64,000 nucleotides of DNA from Candidatus Hadarchaeales archaeon (GTDB taxonomy: Archaea; Hadarchaeota; Hadarchaeia; Hadarchaeales; Hadarchaeaceae), in contig JAVZGN010000003.1 of assembly GCA_038872135.1 (NCBI GenBank), positions 18,683 through 82,682 on the forward strand. The letters run 5' to 3'. Positions within the stretch are counted from its first letter, which is position 1. Each line of letters opens with the position of its first letter. The translations under genes and the position numbers were made by a program. A model generated the notes under the pieces. That model was not told where the DNA came from. It was given only the letters and a program-made list of their open reading frames with translations, and did not search any database. Below, piece after piece: positions 17,586-26,827 of this stretch.

Positions 17586-18410
17586 ATGGTAGACAAACTT
17601 CTGGAGCTGTTTGACACAAAGAAAGTGAAAATCTATGACCTTTCGCAGCCGCTCGGAATCCACACCCCATTCTGGCCCTACTACCCGCCATTTGAGATGA
17701 AGTACTTCAAGAGGAAACCAGAGCATGGGGTGAACGCCCAGTACATCCAGACATCCCTCCACATAGGCACCCACTTGGACGGCCCGAGACACTTCTTGAC
17801 GAGAGGGAAGACCATCGACCAGGTACCGATCGAGTGGGCGTGCGGTCCAGGGGTAATCGTAGACCTCACAGACGAGATGGATGACCTCGCCATCTACACC
17901 CCAGAGATGATTGAAAAGCGCGTGGATGTTAAGGATGGAGATATCCTCATTCTCCACACTGGCTGGCACAAGTATGGCTACGGTGGTTCGGAACCTGACG
18001 AGGAGCGCTACATTCACTACCACCCGGGAGCTGACAGAAGGATGGTTGATTGGCTGATAAAGAAGAAGATCAAAATCTGGGGAGTAGATGCAGTTTCCAC
18101 CGACCACCCAATGAACCTTCCAATTGGCCGCTTTTTGGGCAAGGGGACCTTCGGCCACTGTGAGAGGGTGAGAGCACTTGCTGAGAAAAAGTTTGGCAAG
18201 GAAAATGTGGACAAGCTGTTCCCGCCAGAGGACTACCAGCTCACCCACAATGCACTCTTCCCGAAGGACTGCATCCACCTCGAGAACCTTGGAGGGCAGA
18301 TCTCAGCCCCAGAACTCCAGAACCGCAGATGCGTGATCAGCTGCCTGCCGGTGAAGTTTGAGGGTGGGGAGTCTGCCTGGGCGAGAGTAGTTGCAATGAT
18401 CTCAAAGTGA
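17586..18410 (+). CDS. Cyclase-family metal hydrolase (kynurenine formamidase-like)
   Basis: HIGTHLDGPRHF, GVDAVSTD and HLENL. Confidence 0.9.
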   Translation: MVDKLLELFDTKKVKIYDLSQPLGIHTPFWPYYPPFEMKYFKRKPEHGVNAQYIQTSLHIGTHLDGPRHFLTRGKTIDQVPIEWACGPGVIVDLTDEMDDLAIYTPEMIEKRVDVKDGDILILHTGWHKYGYGGSEPDEERYIHYHPGADRRMVDWLIKKKIKIWGVDAVSTDHPMNLPIGRFLGKGTFGHCERVRALAEKKFGKENVDKLFPPEDYQLTHNALFPKDCIHLENLGGQISAPELQNRRCVISCLPVKFEGGESAWARVVAMISK

Positions 18411-18426
18411 TTGCTCAAAGCAAAAT

Positions 18427-20211
18427 TTATTTTTCTTTTTTTGCTTCTTCAACCCAGGCAAACTTCTTTTGCAGGGTTTTGGGGTAAATCTTTTTCCAGT
18501 CGTAACCGATTTCTCCGGCCCAGATGGCGTAAACTCTCGGGTCTATGTAGCTCTTCAGGGATGTCCCTAGGTTATAATCTCTGGTTTCCCTGGCTAGTTT
18601 TAATTTCAATTTTGCGCTTTCTATCTTTTTCTCCATCGATTCAATTCTTCTTTTCATCTGCTCTTTCAGCTTGGTTTTTCTTTCGGAAAACTCCTTCCTG
18701 GAATTATCTATTCGCTTTTTTTCCTCTTTCATTCTCTTGAGCAGCTTCGAAACCATCTTTCTGTTCTTCCGCCTTCTTGCCTCCTCCAGCTTCTTCTCAA
18801 TGATATTCAATTTCTCCCGTCTCTGGGCGATTTTTGTGTCAAACTTTTTCTCAAGCTCCTTCTCAGCCACGACAAACTTCTCCTTCAGAGCCTCCAGCTT
18901 CTCTCTCATCCCCCTCAATTTCTCCTCCTTCTTTTCCATCGACTCCCTCCAGTTCTTTGGCAGCTTTCTCTTGTGGTGGCATTCAATTGCGGCCTGAAGG
19001 TTGGCCATCGTCGCCACATACTTCTTCATCTCCTCTGGGCTACTTTTCTCAATCCCGCTGCGGGAAAGAAAGTCAGAGACGACTTTTGTCGCATGGTAAG
19101 TTCGGAAGACCTTGGCGGTCAATCCCGGCATGGCCTCATTCAAAAATTCATTCACAAGTTCAGATCTCACCCCGTCAAAAATTTGCTCCCGCGGCCCCTT
19201 CATAAAACTTCTAATGTTCTCGATCACTTGAGCCGGGAGTTCCACCTCTTTCACCCATCTCACAGAATCCTTCCCAAGAAAGTCGAATGTTACTCTTCCA
19301 TCACCGCCAATCTTCACATGAGAACCTCTCAGGGTAGTCGCTCCAACTGTGTCCGCCTCATCCTTGTCCTTCTCATCCCCCACCCTGAACTTTAATGTGT
19401 CAATGAGATACGCTACTGTGGCTATTTTTCTTCTCAGGGGGTCCTCAGCCGTCAGCCCCTTCCAGATGTGCTCCCTGACTTTAGGCAGATACTCCTCAAG
19501 CTTTCTTGCAGTGTCAAACTTCTCTCTTTCCCTTATCTGTCTGAGGGCTGCACTTTCAGCTATCCATACATATTTCATCTTCCCTGTCAGCTTGTCCCTC
19601 CATTTTGCGACCCAGAGAGCGTTTGGATCAAATTCTACTCCTCCCCAGGGTTCTCCCGTCGGCGTCGGAGGGGGATCGCATGAAAGATTCAAAATGATAT
19701 CGGAATATTTGACCCTTGGCTTCCATCTTCCCCTGAGAGGATGTTTTCCCCGTCCCATGAAGATGCAGGGCGGCTCAACCATATAATTTCCTATTTCGAC
19801 TTTTTCCCCGTTAATTATCGCATACCCATACTTCTCCTTTTTCTCTTCCCTCGCCCTCTTCCTCTCCTCGGCCAGCCTCTTTTTCTCTTCCTTTGTCATT
19901 TTTTCCTTGGCGATTTTTTGCTCATCAACCCATCTGATGATTTCTGAAAAATCGAAGTCCTCGGGAGACACCTCCTCCTGAATCCCAAGAGCTTTGGAAA
20001 AATCGCTGAAAAAATTCCTGACGAAAACAGGATCTTTAACATAGTCGGTTCCAAGCTTCTTCACCCATGCCACGGCCATCTCCTCCTGCTCGGGGGTAAG
20101 GGCTATCCGTTTACCGCGGTACCTTATTTTGAAGCCGATTGGCTCATACTCCGGGATGAGAACACCATTGTGCTTTATCTCCCAAATTCTCGCAGGCCAC
20201 AGCTTCTTCAT
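18427..20211 (-). CDS. DNA topoisomerase IB, eukaryote-like
   Basis: Core motifs HNGV, EPPCIFMGRGKHPLRG, WVAKWRD and catalytic pentad FRVGDEKD (R), FLGKDS (K), AKVFRTY (R), CHH (H), TSLKSYIDPRV (Y); coiled-coil linker. Confidence 0.95.
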   Translation of the reverse strand: MKKLWPARIWEIKHNGVLIPEYEPIGFKIRYRGKRIALTPEQEEMAVAWVKKLGTDYVKDPVFVRNFFSDFSKALGIQEEVSPEDFDFSEIIRWVDEQKIAKEKMTKEEKKRLAEERKRAREEKKEKYGYAIINGEKVEIGNYMVEPPCIFMGRGKHPLRGRWKPRVKYSDIILNLSCDPPPTPTGEPWGGVEFDPNALWVAKWRDKLTGKMKYVWIAESAALRQIREREKFDTARKLEEYLPKVREHIWKGLTAEDPLRRKIATVAYLIDTLKFRVGDEKDKDEADTVGATTLRGSHVKIGGDGRVTFDFLGKDSVRWVKEVELPAQVIENIRSFMKGPREQIFDGVRSELVNEFLNEAMPGLTAKVFRTYHATKVVSDFLSRSGIEKSSPEEMKKYVATMANLQAAIECHHKRKLPKNWRESMEKKEEKLRGMREKLEALKEKFVVAEKELEKKFDTKIAQRREKLNIIEKKLEEARRRKNRKMVSKLLKRMKEEKKRIDNSRKEFSERKTKLKEQMKRRIESMEKKIESAKLKLKLARETRDYNLGTSLKSYIDPRVYAIWAGEIGYDWKKIYPKTLQKKFAWVEEAKKEK

Positions 20212-20288
20212 ACTCCCATTCAGAAAAGACCTCGGCTTCTTATACTCTTTTGCCGGCGTGCGTGTCTATAGATCCTCTCAAACTGTGC

Positions 20289-20765
20289 TCATTTTCTAAT
20301 TTCCCTTGCTGCATCCAAAATTGCATCGATTATCTGCCTGTAGCCTGTGCACCTGCAGAGAATTCCTCCTATCGCTTCCTTCACCTCTTCTTCAGTCGGG
20401 GCGGGATTTTCTCTCAAGAAAGCTTCGGCCGCAAGTATAAAGGCAGGCGCGCAGAACCCACACTGGACCGCCCCATGCTCGATGAACTTCCTCTGAACGG
20501 GAGTAAGCTGACCATCCTTTGCAAGGCCTTCTACCGTTGTCACCTCTTTTCCATCGGCTTCTACCGCCAGCACTAGGCAGGACTTCACCGGGACTCCATC
20601 AACCAAAACTGTGCAAAGACCGCAGTCCCCCCTCTCGCACGCGCATTTCGGCCCAGTTATCCCAAGGTCCTCCCTCAGAAATCGCAGAAGGGTGCGGTTG
20701 GCCTCTACCTCGGCCACAAATGGCTCGCCGTTGACTTTCAGAGAAATCCTGTGCCTAGACATCAC
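20289..20765 (-). CDS. [2Fe-2S] small subunit of xanthine dehydrogenase-family oxidoreductase (CoxS/CutS-like)
   Basis: CERGDCGLCTV...C and QCGFC...CRCTGY. Confidence 0.95.
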   Translation of the reverse strand: MMSRHRISLKVNGEPFVAEVEANRTLLRFLREDLGITGPKCACERGDCGLCTVLVDGVPVKSCLVLAVEADGKEVTTVEGLAKDGQLTPVQRKFIEHGAVQCGFCAPAFILAAEAFLRENPAPTEEEVKEAIGGILCRCTGYRQIIDAILDAAREIRK

Positions 20766-21616
20766 TTCACCCCAAGAAGCTCCTTCAGCCCCCTCTCCAC
20801 CAAGACTCCTGCCATGTGGAGTCTATACTCTCTGCTCGCCCGCACATCAGAGATCGGGGAAATCTTTGCACGAACAGTCTCCACAGTCTTCTTGATTTTC
20901 TCTTCCACCGAGCCCTCCTCCCTAAAAATCTTTCCAACCTCCTCGATTAAAATCGGGGTTTTGTAAACCGATGAAAGGGCTATTCGAACATCTCTCCCGC
21001 CGTCGGCCACCAGCAGTGCAACCCCAACAACAGCGAGATCCTCACCCCTCGTCCTTCCCCACTTCAGATATCTCCCAACGCTTTCTTTTGGCGGCTCTGG
21101 AATGATAACGGCTGTGACCAGCTCATTTGGTCCAACGATCGTGCGCTTTACCCCCACAAAAAACTGCCTGATGGGAACTCGGCGCACCCCGGCTTTCCCC
21201 GCAACCTCCACCTCAGCGTTGAGGACAAGAAGAGCTGGAGCCGTGTCTGCCGCTGGCGAGGCGTTGCAGATATTCCCCACCAGCGTTGCCCTTTGCCTGA
21301 GGATGGGATCTGCAAGGACCCTGGCGGCGTCCCAAAGAACATGAAACTTTTCTCTCACGATCTCGCTCTTGAGAAGCTGGGCAAGAGTAGCTGTTGCACC
21401 GATTCTGAGCCCCGCCCTCTCAGAGTAGGAAATCTCACCGAGCTCTTCCACCCCTTTTAAATCTATAACGTGTTTCGGCCTGAGAATTCTATCTCTCATC
21501 AGGACGAAAAGATCTGTGCCACCGGCAAAAACCTTTGCTTTCTCCCCATACATTTCCAGCAGCCCAACTGCCTCTTCAACAGTGCTGGGCCTGTGGTAAT
21601 CGAATTTCGTCATCAT
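20762..21616 (-). CDS. FAD-binding medium subunit (CoxM/CutM-like)
   Basis: AGGTDL, ATLVGNICNASPAAD and SDVRAS. Confidence 0.95.
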   Translation of the reverse strand: MMTKFDYHRPSTVEEAVGLLEMYGEKAKVFAGGTDLFVLMRDRILRPKHVIDLKGVEELGEISYSERAGLRIGATATLAQLLKSEIVREKFHVLWDAARVLADPILRQRATLVGNICNASPAADTAPALLVLNAEVEVAGKAGVRRVPIRQFFVGVKRTIVGPNELVTAVIIPEPPKESVGRYLKWGRTRGEDLAVVGVALLVADGGRDVRIALSSVYKTPILIEEVGKIFREEGSVEEKIKKTVETVRAKISPISDVRASREYRLHMAGVLVERGLKELLGVK

Positions 21617-23928
21617 CTTCTTTCCCTACTCAACTTTTTCCAGATCCTCTCCCTCGACAGCGGGAGGTCAAAGAAATCTACGCCCACAGCATCGTAAATG
21701 GCGTTTGCCACTGCCGCTGCAACTCCTATGGTCGGGTGCTCGCCTATCCCCCTCGCCCCATAGGGAGCGTTACGCTGGGGATTTTCTATCAAGATCGGGA
21801 CAAATTTTTCCGGGATGTCTTGGCTCCTGAAAATTTTATAATCGGTGAGGTTGTTGTTCAAGAGCTTTCCTTTTTCATCAAAGATAAACTCCTCCATCAT
21901 TGTTGTCCCGAGACCCTGAACAACCCCTCCGTAAATCTGCCCCTTCACAAGCAGCGGGTTCAGGGCCTTCCCGAGGTCCAGCGCCGTTACTATTTTCAGA
22001 ATTCTCAAATCCCCAGTTTCAGGATCAACCTCCACTTCAGCTCCCTGAGCACCGAAGGTCCACATCAGGGCTGGTCTCCCCTGCCCAGTCTCGGAATCTA
22101 GAAATGTCAGGCCTTCTGCGGTATAGTATCCATATCCAAGGAGCGGCCCCTTTATTCCTCTCCCATCTGGCAGGATCCCGGCGGTTGCGATGGTGGCAAA
22201 AGAAACGCTCTTCTCAGGCTCCCTCTTCACATAGACTTTCCCACCGCCAACCTCAAGCCCCGTCACCGGTACTCCAAGGAGAATGCTAGCGGTTTCCTTC
22301 ATCTTGTTCTTTAGATCTTCGATTGCCATCAGGACAGCATTTCCATCCATGAAGCTTCCCCGGCTCGCGACAGTCTGCCAGGAGTAGGGGGAAGTGTCTG
22401 TGTTTCTTTCCCTCACAACGTCAACTTGCTCCAAGGGGATTCCAAGACCTTCCGCGACCATCTGGGCAAAAGCCGTTTCAGTTCCCTGTCCCATCTCAGT
22501 GAGTCCTAGGGAAAGGACTACTGTCCCATCTTCGTTCACCTTCACGATAGCGGAGGAAGAAGTGTAAGAGGGCATGGCCGGACACTTCCACAGAGCCGCT
22601 ATCCCGATTCCCCTGAATTTCCCTTTTTTTTCACCCCACCCAAGCTCCTTTGCAACTGCAATGAGACACTGATCAACCCGCCCACAGTCTTCCGCGAGCT
22701 TTTCTCCCGTCGGGGTTATCTTCCCCGGAAGTGCAGCATTCTTCAACCTGAATTCCAGTGGATCCATTCCAATTTCCCTAGCTACTATATCCATCTGGCG
22801 CTCTGTTGCCCAGTGAAACTCCACATGACCGAAGCCTCTGTAAGCCGTCCCATATGGATGATTTGTGTAAACAGTGATGCTGTCGCACTTCACATTTGGA
22901 ATATCATATGGCCCAGTGCATGCGTACCCTCCAGCCCTTCCAACATTTACAGCATAATCCGCATATGCTCCAGAGTCCCAGATGTAGAGAATTTCTTCAG
23001 CAGTGATCCTTCCATCTCTTTTAACGCCAGTTTTTATCTTTGCATACATCCCCTGTCTTACTGCTGCTGTGTTAAACTCCTCTTCCCTCGTCATCGTTAA
23101 TTTCACCGGGCGGCCGCCGGCTTTCTTTGAGAGGAGGACCACGAGAGGCTCCCAGTGGAGACCTGCTTTTCCCCCAAAACCCCCACCGATGAATGGAACC
23201 CTGACTGTGATTCTGCTGGTGGGGATATTCAGACCAGCGCTCAGAAGATGCCTCACCGCGAAGGGCGACTGGGCGCTCGTCCAGACAGTTATGTGGCCAT
23301 CGGGACCCCACTGCCCAATGCTTATATGAGGCTCCATCTGGACATTCTGGACCATCGGCTGGCTGAACTCATTCTCCACAACAACATCTGCCTCTTTAAA
23401 ACCCTTCTCAACGTCCCCTTTCCTCAGCTTAAAGTGGTTGGCTATGTTTGTTCCAGGTTTTGGATAGATGAATGGGGCGTGGAAGTATTCGCCGAGATCC
23501 TCGTGAACAAGCGGAGCTCCTTCTTTTAAGGCTTCCCTAGGATCAAAAACCGCCGGGAGCTCCTCATATTCGACCTCGACGAGTTCAACCGCATCCTCAG
23601 CAATTTCCTCTGTATCCGCCGCTATCGCAACAACTGGTTCTCCAAGATATCTCGCCTTTTTTCTCGCCAGCACATATTTGTCAGACATATAAATTCCAAA
23701 TCTGTAAGGAAGTTCTGCCCCTGTGAGGACGGCCCTGACCCCCGGCAGGCGCTCCGCCCTGGAGGTATCGATCTTAACTATTCTCGCATGGGCGTATGGG
23801 CTTTTGAGAAGGCGTGCATAGAGCATCCCGGGGAGCTTTATATCAGCGGTGTAGATTGCGCTCCCAGTAACTTTTTCAACGGCATCTATGCGGGGAACTT
23901 CCTTGCCCACATACCTCGGTCCTTCCAT
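21613..23928 (-). CDS. Molybdopterin-binding large subunit, xanthine dehydrogenase family
   Basis: GGGFGGK, AYRGFG, EMGQG and GARGIGE. ATG at 23928 preferred over the ORF-track start at 24003. Confidence 0.93.
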   Translation of the reverse strand: MEGPRYVGKEVPRIDAVEKVTGSAIYTADIKLPGMLYARLLKSPYAHARIVKIDTSRAERLPGVRAVLTGAELPYRFGIYMSDKYVLARKKARYLGEPVVAIAADTEEIAEDAVELVEVEYEELPAVFDPREALKEGAPLVHEDLGEYFHAPFIYPKPGTNIANHFKLRKGDVEKGFKEADVVVENEFSQPMVQNVQMEPHISIGQWGPDGHITVWTSAQSPFAVRHLLSAGLNIPTSRITVRVPFIGGGFGGKAGLHWEPLVVLLSKKAGGRPVKLTMTREEEFNTAAVRQGMYAKIKTGVKRDGRITAEEILYIWDSGAYADYAVNVGRAGGYACTGPYDIPNVKCDSITVYTNHPYGTAYRGFGHVEFHWATERQMDIVAREIGMDPLEFRLKNAALPGKITPTGEKLAEDCGRVDQCLIAVAKELGWGEKKGKFRGIGIAALWKCPAMPSYTSSSAIVKVNEDGTVVLSLGLTEMGQGTETAFAQMVAEGLGIPLEQVDVVRERNTDTSPYSWQTVASRGSFMDGNAVLMAIEDLKNKMKETASILLGVPVTGLEVGGGKVYVKREPEKSVSFATIATAGILPDGRGIKGPLLGYGYYTAEGLTFLDSETGQGRPALMWTFGAQGAEVEVDPETGDLRILKIVTALDLGKALNPLLVKGQIYGGVVQGLGTTMMEEFIFDEKGKLLNNNLTDYKIFRSQDIPEKFVPILIENPQRNAPYGARGIGEHPTIGVAAAVANAIYDAVGVDFFDLPLSRERIWKKLSRERR

Positions 23929-24009
23929 CCTTCCACTCACACTTTTCTCCAATCGTTTAAAGTCTTTACCGAGCGCCGAGATTTCCACAGAGCGTGCCAG
24001 CAATGTTTT

Positions 24010-24249
24010 CTAAAGCATCCGGGCAGGATTTCTCCCCGTGCCTCCATCAACGGTCGGCACCAGCACTATTTCATCCCCGCTTTTCAGAACAGTTTCTGCG
24101 GTGGCCGGGACTCCATTTACATTTATGAGAGCTATGGAGGCCGGATGGTACTTCAACTTCTCCATGAGATCTCTCACCATAGCTCCATCTCCAATTTCCA
24201 CTTCTTCCCATCCCTTGCTAGCGGCCAGCCGCACCCTGACTTTCATCAC
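24010..24249 (-). CDS. MoaD/ThiS-family ubiquitin-like protein with C-terminal extension (GG-TGRNPARML)
   Basis: INVNG...LKSGDEIVLVPTVDGG then a 9-aa tail; heads the molybdo-oxidoreductase operon. Confidence 0.85.
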   Translation of the reverse strand: MMKVRVRLAASKGWEEVEIGDGAMVRDLMEKLKYHPASIALINVNGVPATAETVLKSGDEIVLVPTVDGGTGRNPARML

Positions 24250-24313
24250 TAAAACTTCTCCAAGGATTAATAAGTTAGTTTTTTAAATGTCTCGGCGGAT
24301 TTCAAGTGAGAGC

Positions 24314-24784
24314 ATGAAAATCGCCATCCAAGGGCTCGGTGAAGTCCCAGTTCCGATTGTCCTGGTGATGGAGAATGAGAAGCCCGATATTTCCCACATA
24401 ATCTGCTCCCAGTATCAGCTGAGGCATGTGGCCACTGAAGCCGGATATTCAAAACCGAACAAAGAGGTAATCGATGAAGCTGCGGGAAGGCTTGGGATAA
24501 ATGTTCAGTATCACGTCTGCGATGTTTTCAGCCCTCAAGAAGTTGGAAGGGTTATCGGAGATATCTTGGAAAAAATTGATACAAAAAATGATGAATTGAT
24601 CATAAACTACACCGGTGGGAGCGCCGTGGTGAGACTCCTCCTTGGGACAGCAGGGATCATTTCCTCCACCCTGATGAAGGCGAAAGTGGTTTATGCAATA
24701 AGGTATCCCTCCGGAATTGTAAAGACAGAGGATCACACGGAAGCCCTCAGGGACATCTTCAGGCGTCTTTCGATAATTCCATGA
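24314..24784 (+). CDS. Stand-alone CARF-like (Rossmann) protein
   Basis: N-terminal IAIQGLGEVP..KPDISHIICS and the INYTGG motif near aa 95 match the CARF pattern; no effector domain. Confidence 0.65.
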   Translation: MKIAIQGLGEVPVPIVLVMENEKPDISHIICSQYQLRHVATEAGYSKPNKEVIDEAAGRLGINVQYHVCDVFSPQEVGRVIGDILEKIDTKNDELIINYTGGSAVVRLLLGTAGIISSTLMKAKVVYAIRYPSGIVKTEDHTEALRDIFRRLSIIP

Positions 24785-26025
24785 GGCCGATGGCTTTGCT
24801 TCTGCGCGAGTTCAAATGTCTGAAATGCGGAAGAGTTTTGAAACCTGAAAGGAACCTTTATGTCTGCACAGCCTGCGGTGGGAAGATAGAAGCAGTTTAC
24901 GATTATGAGAAAATCAAGCTGGAGAAAAAACATCTAGAGAAGCGCGCGCCAGGTGTCTGGAAGTACAAAGAACTCCTGCCGGCAGAAAAAAGGGTGACGC
25001 TTGGGGAGGGAGGAACCCCCCTTCTAAAGAGCGGGAAGCTTGCCGAAGAACTAGGATTGAAGAACCTCTACCTGAAAGATGAAACGAGAAATCCCACCGG
25101 CTCCTTCAAAGACAGGATGATGGCCGTCGGAGTCTCAAAGGCGGTTGAGTTTGGGGCGGAGGCTGTCGTGACTGCTTCCAGCGGCAACGCTGCGATTTCG
25201 CTGGCCGCTTATGCAGCAAACGCCGGCCTCACCTGCTATGCATTCGTCCCAGCGACGGCTCCAGAAAGCAAGATTGCACAGCTTTCAATGCACGGGGCGA
25301 AAGTCGTGAAGGTCGCCGGGAGAAGGAGAGGGGATCCAACCTATGAGATGATGATCGAGGGATGGAAGAGGTTTGGGTGGCACCCGATTCCCAGCGCGGG
25401 AGCATTCAATCCCTACCACTGGGAGGGAATAAAAACACTTTCCTATGAGGTCTGTGAGTCCCTCGGATGGAATTCTCCAGACTGGATTTTTGTGCCGACG
25501 GGAGCCGGGACCCTCCTTTCCGGTACCGCAAAAGGATTCTTTGAATTCCAGCACCTCGGTCTCATAAAAGATCTCCCGAGGATCGTATGCGTTCAAGCAG
25601 CTGGCTGTGCTCCTTTAGTTAATGCTTTCAAGAAAAATATTCCTCCAGAAAAGATAGAGACCTGGCCAAGCCCAAAGACAGTTGCGGGGGGATTGATCGA
25701 TCCATATCCATGGGACGCCAACACAGCGTTGCCGGCGCTGAAAAAAACGGGAGGAACTGCTGTTGCGGTCACTGACAGAGAAATTCTGGAAGCAGAAAAA
25801 TCGCTTGCAAGAAAAGAGGGAATTTTCGCTGAGCCATCTGGAGCAGCCGGAATTGCTGGGTTAAAAAAGCTTCTTGAGGAAGGCCTGATAGAAAAATCTG
25901 ACATTGTCGTTGTCGAGATAACTGGAGCGGGCCTGAAAGACATAAAAACTGCGATGAAAATTTCCGAGCCCCCAACAACCATCAAGGGCAATCTTAAAGA
26001 TCTGGAAAATATTCTTACGGCCTAA
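24781..26025 (+). CDS. thrC: Threonine synthase
   Basis: N-terminal CxxC...CxxC, TLGEGGTPL, NPTGSFKDR (PLP Lys), SSGNA and EPSGAAG. Confidence 0.92.
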   Translation: MRPMALLLREFKCLKCGRVLKPERNLYVCTACGGKIEAVYDYEKIKLEKKHLEKRAPGVWKYKELLPAEKRVTLGEGGTPLLKSGKLAEELGLKNLYLKDETRNPTGSFKDRMMAVGVSKAVEFGAEAVVTASSGNAAISLAAYAANAGLTCYAFVPATAPESKIAQLSMHGAKVVKVAGRRRGDPTYEMMIEGWKRFGWHPIPSAGAFNPYHWEGIKTLSYEVCESLGWNSPDWIFVPTGAGTLLSGTAKGFFEFQHLGLIKDLPRIVCVQAAGCAPLVNAFKKNIPPEKIETWPSPKTVAGGLIDPYPWDANTALPALKKTGGTAVAVTDREILEAEKSLARKEGIFAEPSGAAGIAGLKKLLEEGLIEKSDIVVVEITGAGLKDIKTAMKISEPPTTIKGNLKDLENILTA

Positions 26026-26026
26026 A

Positions 26027-26146
26027 TCACCCGAGTCTCCCCAGCTTTCGCTGCTTTATCCTGCGCATTTTTCTCCTCATCCTCTTCCTGACCCATTTCC
26101 ACCTCATCCGCCTTCTCTTCTTCCATTTCCTAGGCCGCTTTCCCAT
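26027..26146 (-). CDS. rpl41e: Ribosomal protein eL41/eS32 (39 aa), absent from ORF track
   Basis: Manual translation MGKRPRKWKKRRRMRWKWVRKRMRRKMRRIKQRKLGRLG; MRWKW core of the archaeal eL41 family. Confidence 0.88.
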   Translation of the reverse strand: MGKRPRKWKKRRRMRWKWVRKRMRRKMRRIKQRKLGRLG

Positions 26147-26208
26147 AAAGCACCAACATCCAATCTGAGAGCTGTATTAAAACCTCTATGGAAGCTCGAT
26201 GTTGAGTG

Positions 26209-26805
26209 TTACTTTGCGCAGCGGAAGAGGAAGAGCTCTTCAAATGGAAGCTTCTTCTGCAGAAAGTTGAATTTCAGCCCAGAGAGTTTTAGCATTTGGA
26301 TGGTTTTCGGGATGTCTGACAAAGAGGATTGCACAAAAACCGCGCGCCCTCCTAGCTCCAAGTGCTCTGGGAATTCTTGGAGAAATCTCTCGATGACCCT
26401 CCTTCCATCGACGCCGCCATCCCAAGCCTTTTCCAGCCATCCTCCCTTTGCTTCCTCGGGATCGGTGGGCAGATAGGGAGGATTGAAAATTATCTGGTTA
26501 AAGCGTTCCCCCTTCACAGGTTTGAAGAGATCCCCGATCCTGAAATCAATTTTTCCGTCAACTCCATTCGCCGCGGCATTTCTTCTTGCACACTCTATGG
26601 CTACTGGGTTTATATCTGTGGCAACTACATTTCCCCCTGCTTTTGCTGCGATAACCGCTAGCATCCCACACCCAGTTCCCAGCTCAAGTACTTTCTCTCC
26701 AGCCCTGACCTCAAGATTCTCCGCGAGAAAAAATGTGTCCTCCGCTGGCTCATAGACATCTGGAAGAACTGAGAACCGTAGCTCCCTCCAATAAACAATC
26801 TTCAC
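26209..26805 (-). CDS. HemK2/PrmC-related SAM-dependent methyltransferase; start uncertain
   Basis: VYEPAEDT, LELGTGCG, TDINP, GDLF, FNPPYLP and GGVDGR. Confidence 0.9.
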   Translation of the reverse strand: MKIVYWRELRFSVLPDVYEPAEDTFFLAENLEVRAGEKVLELGTGCGMLAVIAAKAGGNVVATDINPVAIECARRNAAANGVDGKIDFRIGDLFKPVKGERFNQIIFNPPYLPTDPEEAKGGWLEKAWDGGVDGRRVIERFLQEFPEHLELGGRAVFVQSSLSDIPKTIQMLKLSGLKFNFLQKKLPFEELFLFRCAK

Positions 26806-26827
26806 TTCTGGGGCAGGAGCTGGAGGT

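Noticed and set aside
21613-23928. Aerobic CO dehydrogenase (form I coxL)
   Set aside because: The VAYRCSFR Cu-binding loop is absent (AYRGFG instead) and the gene order is not M-S-L.
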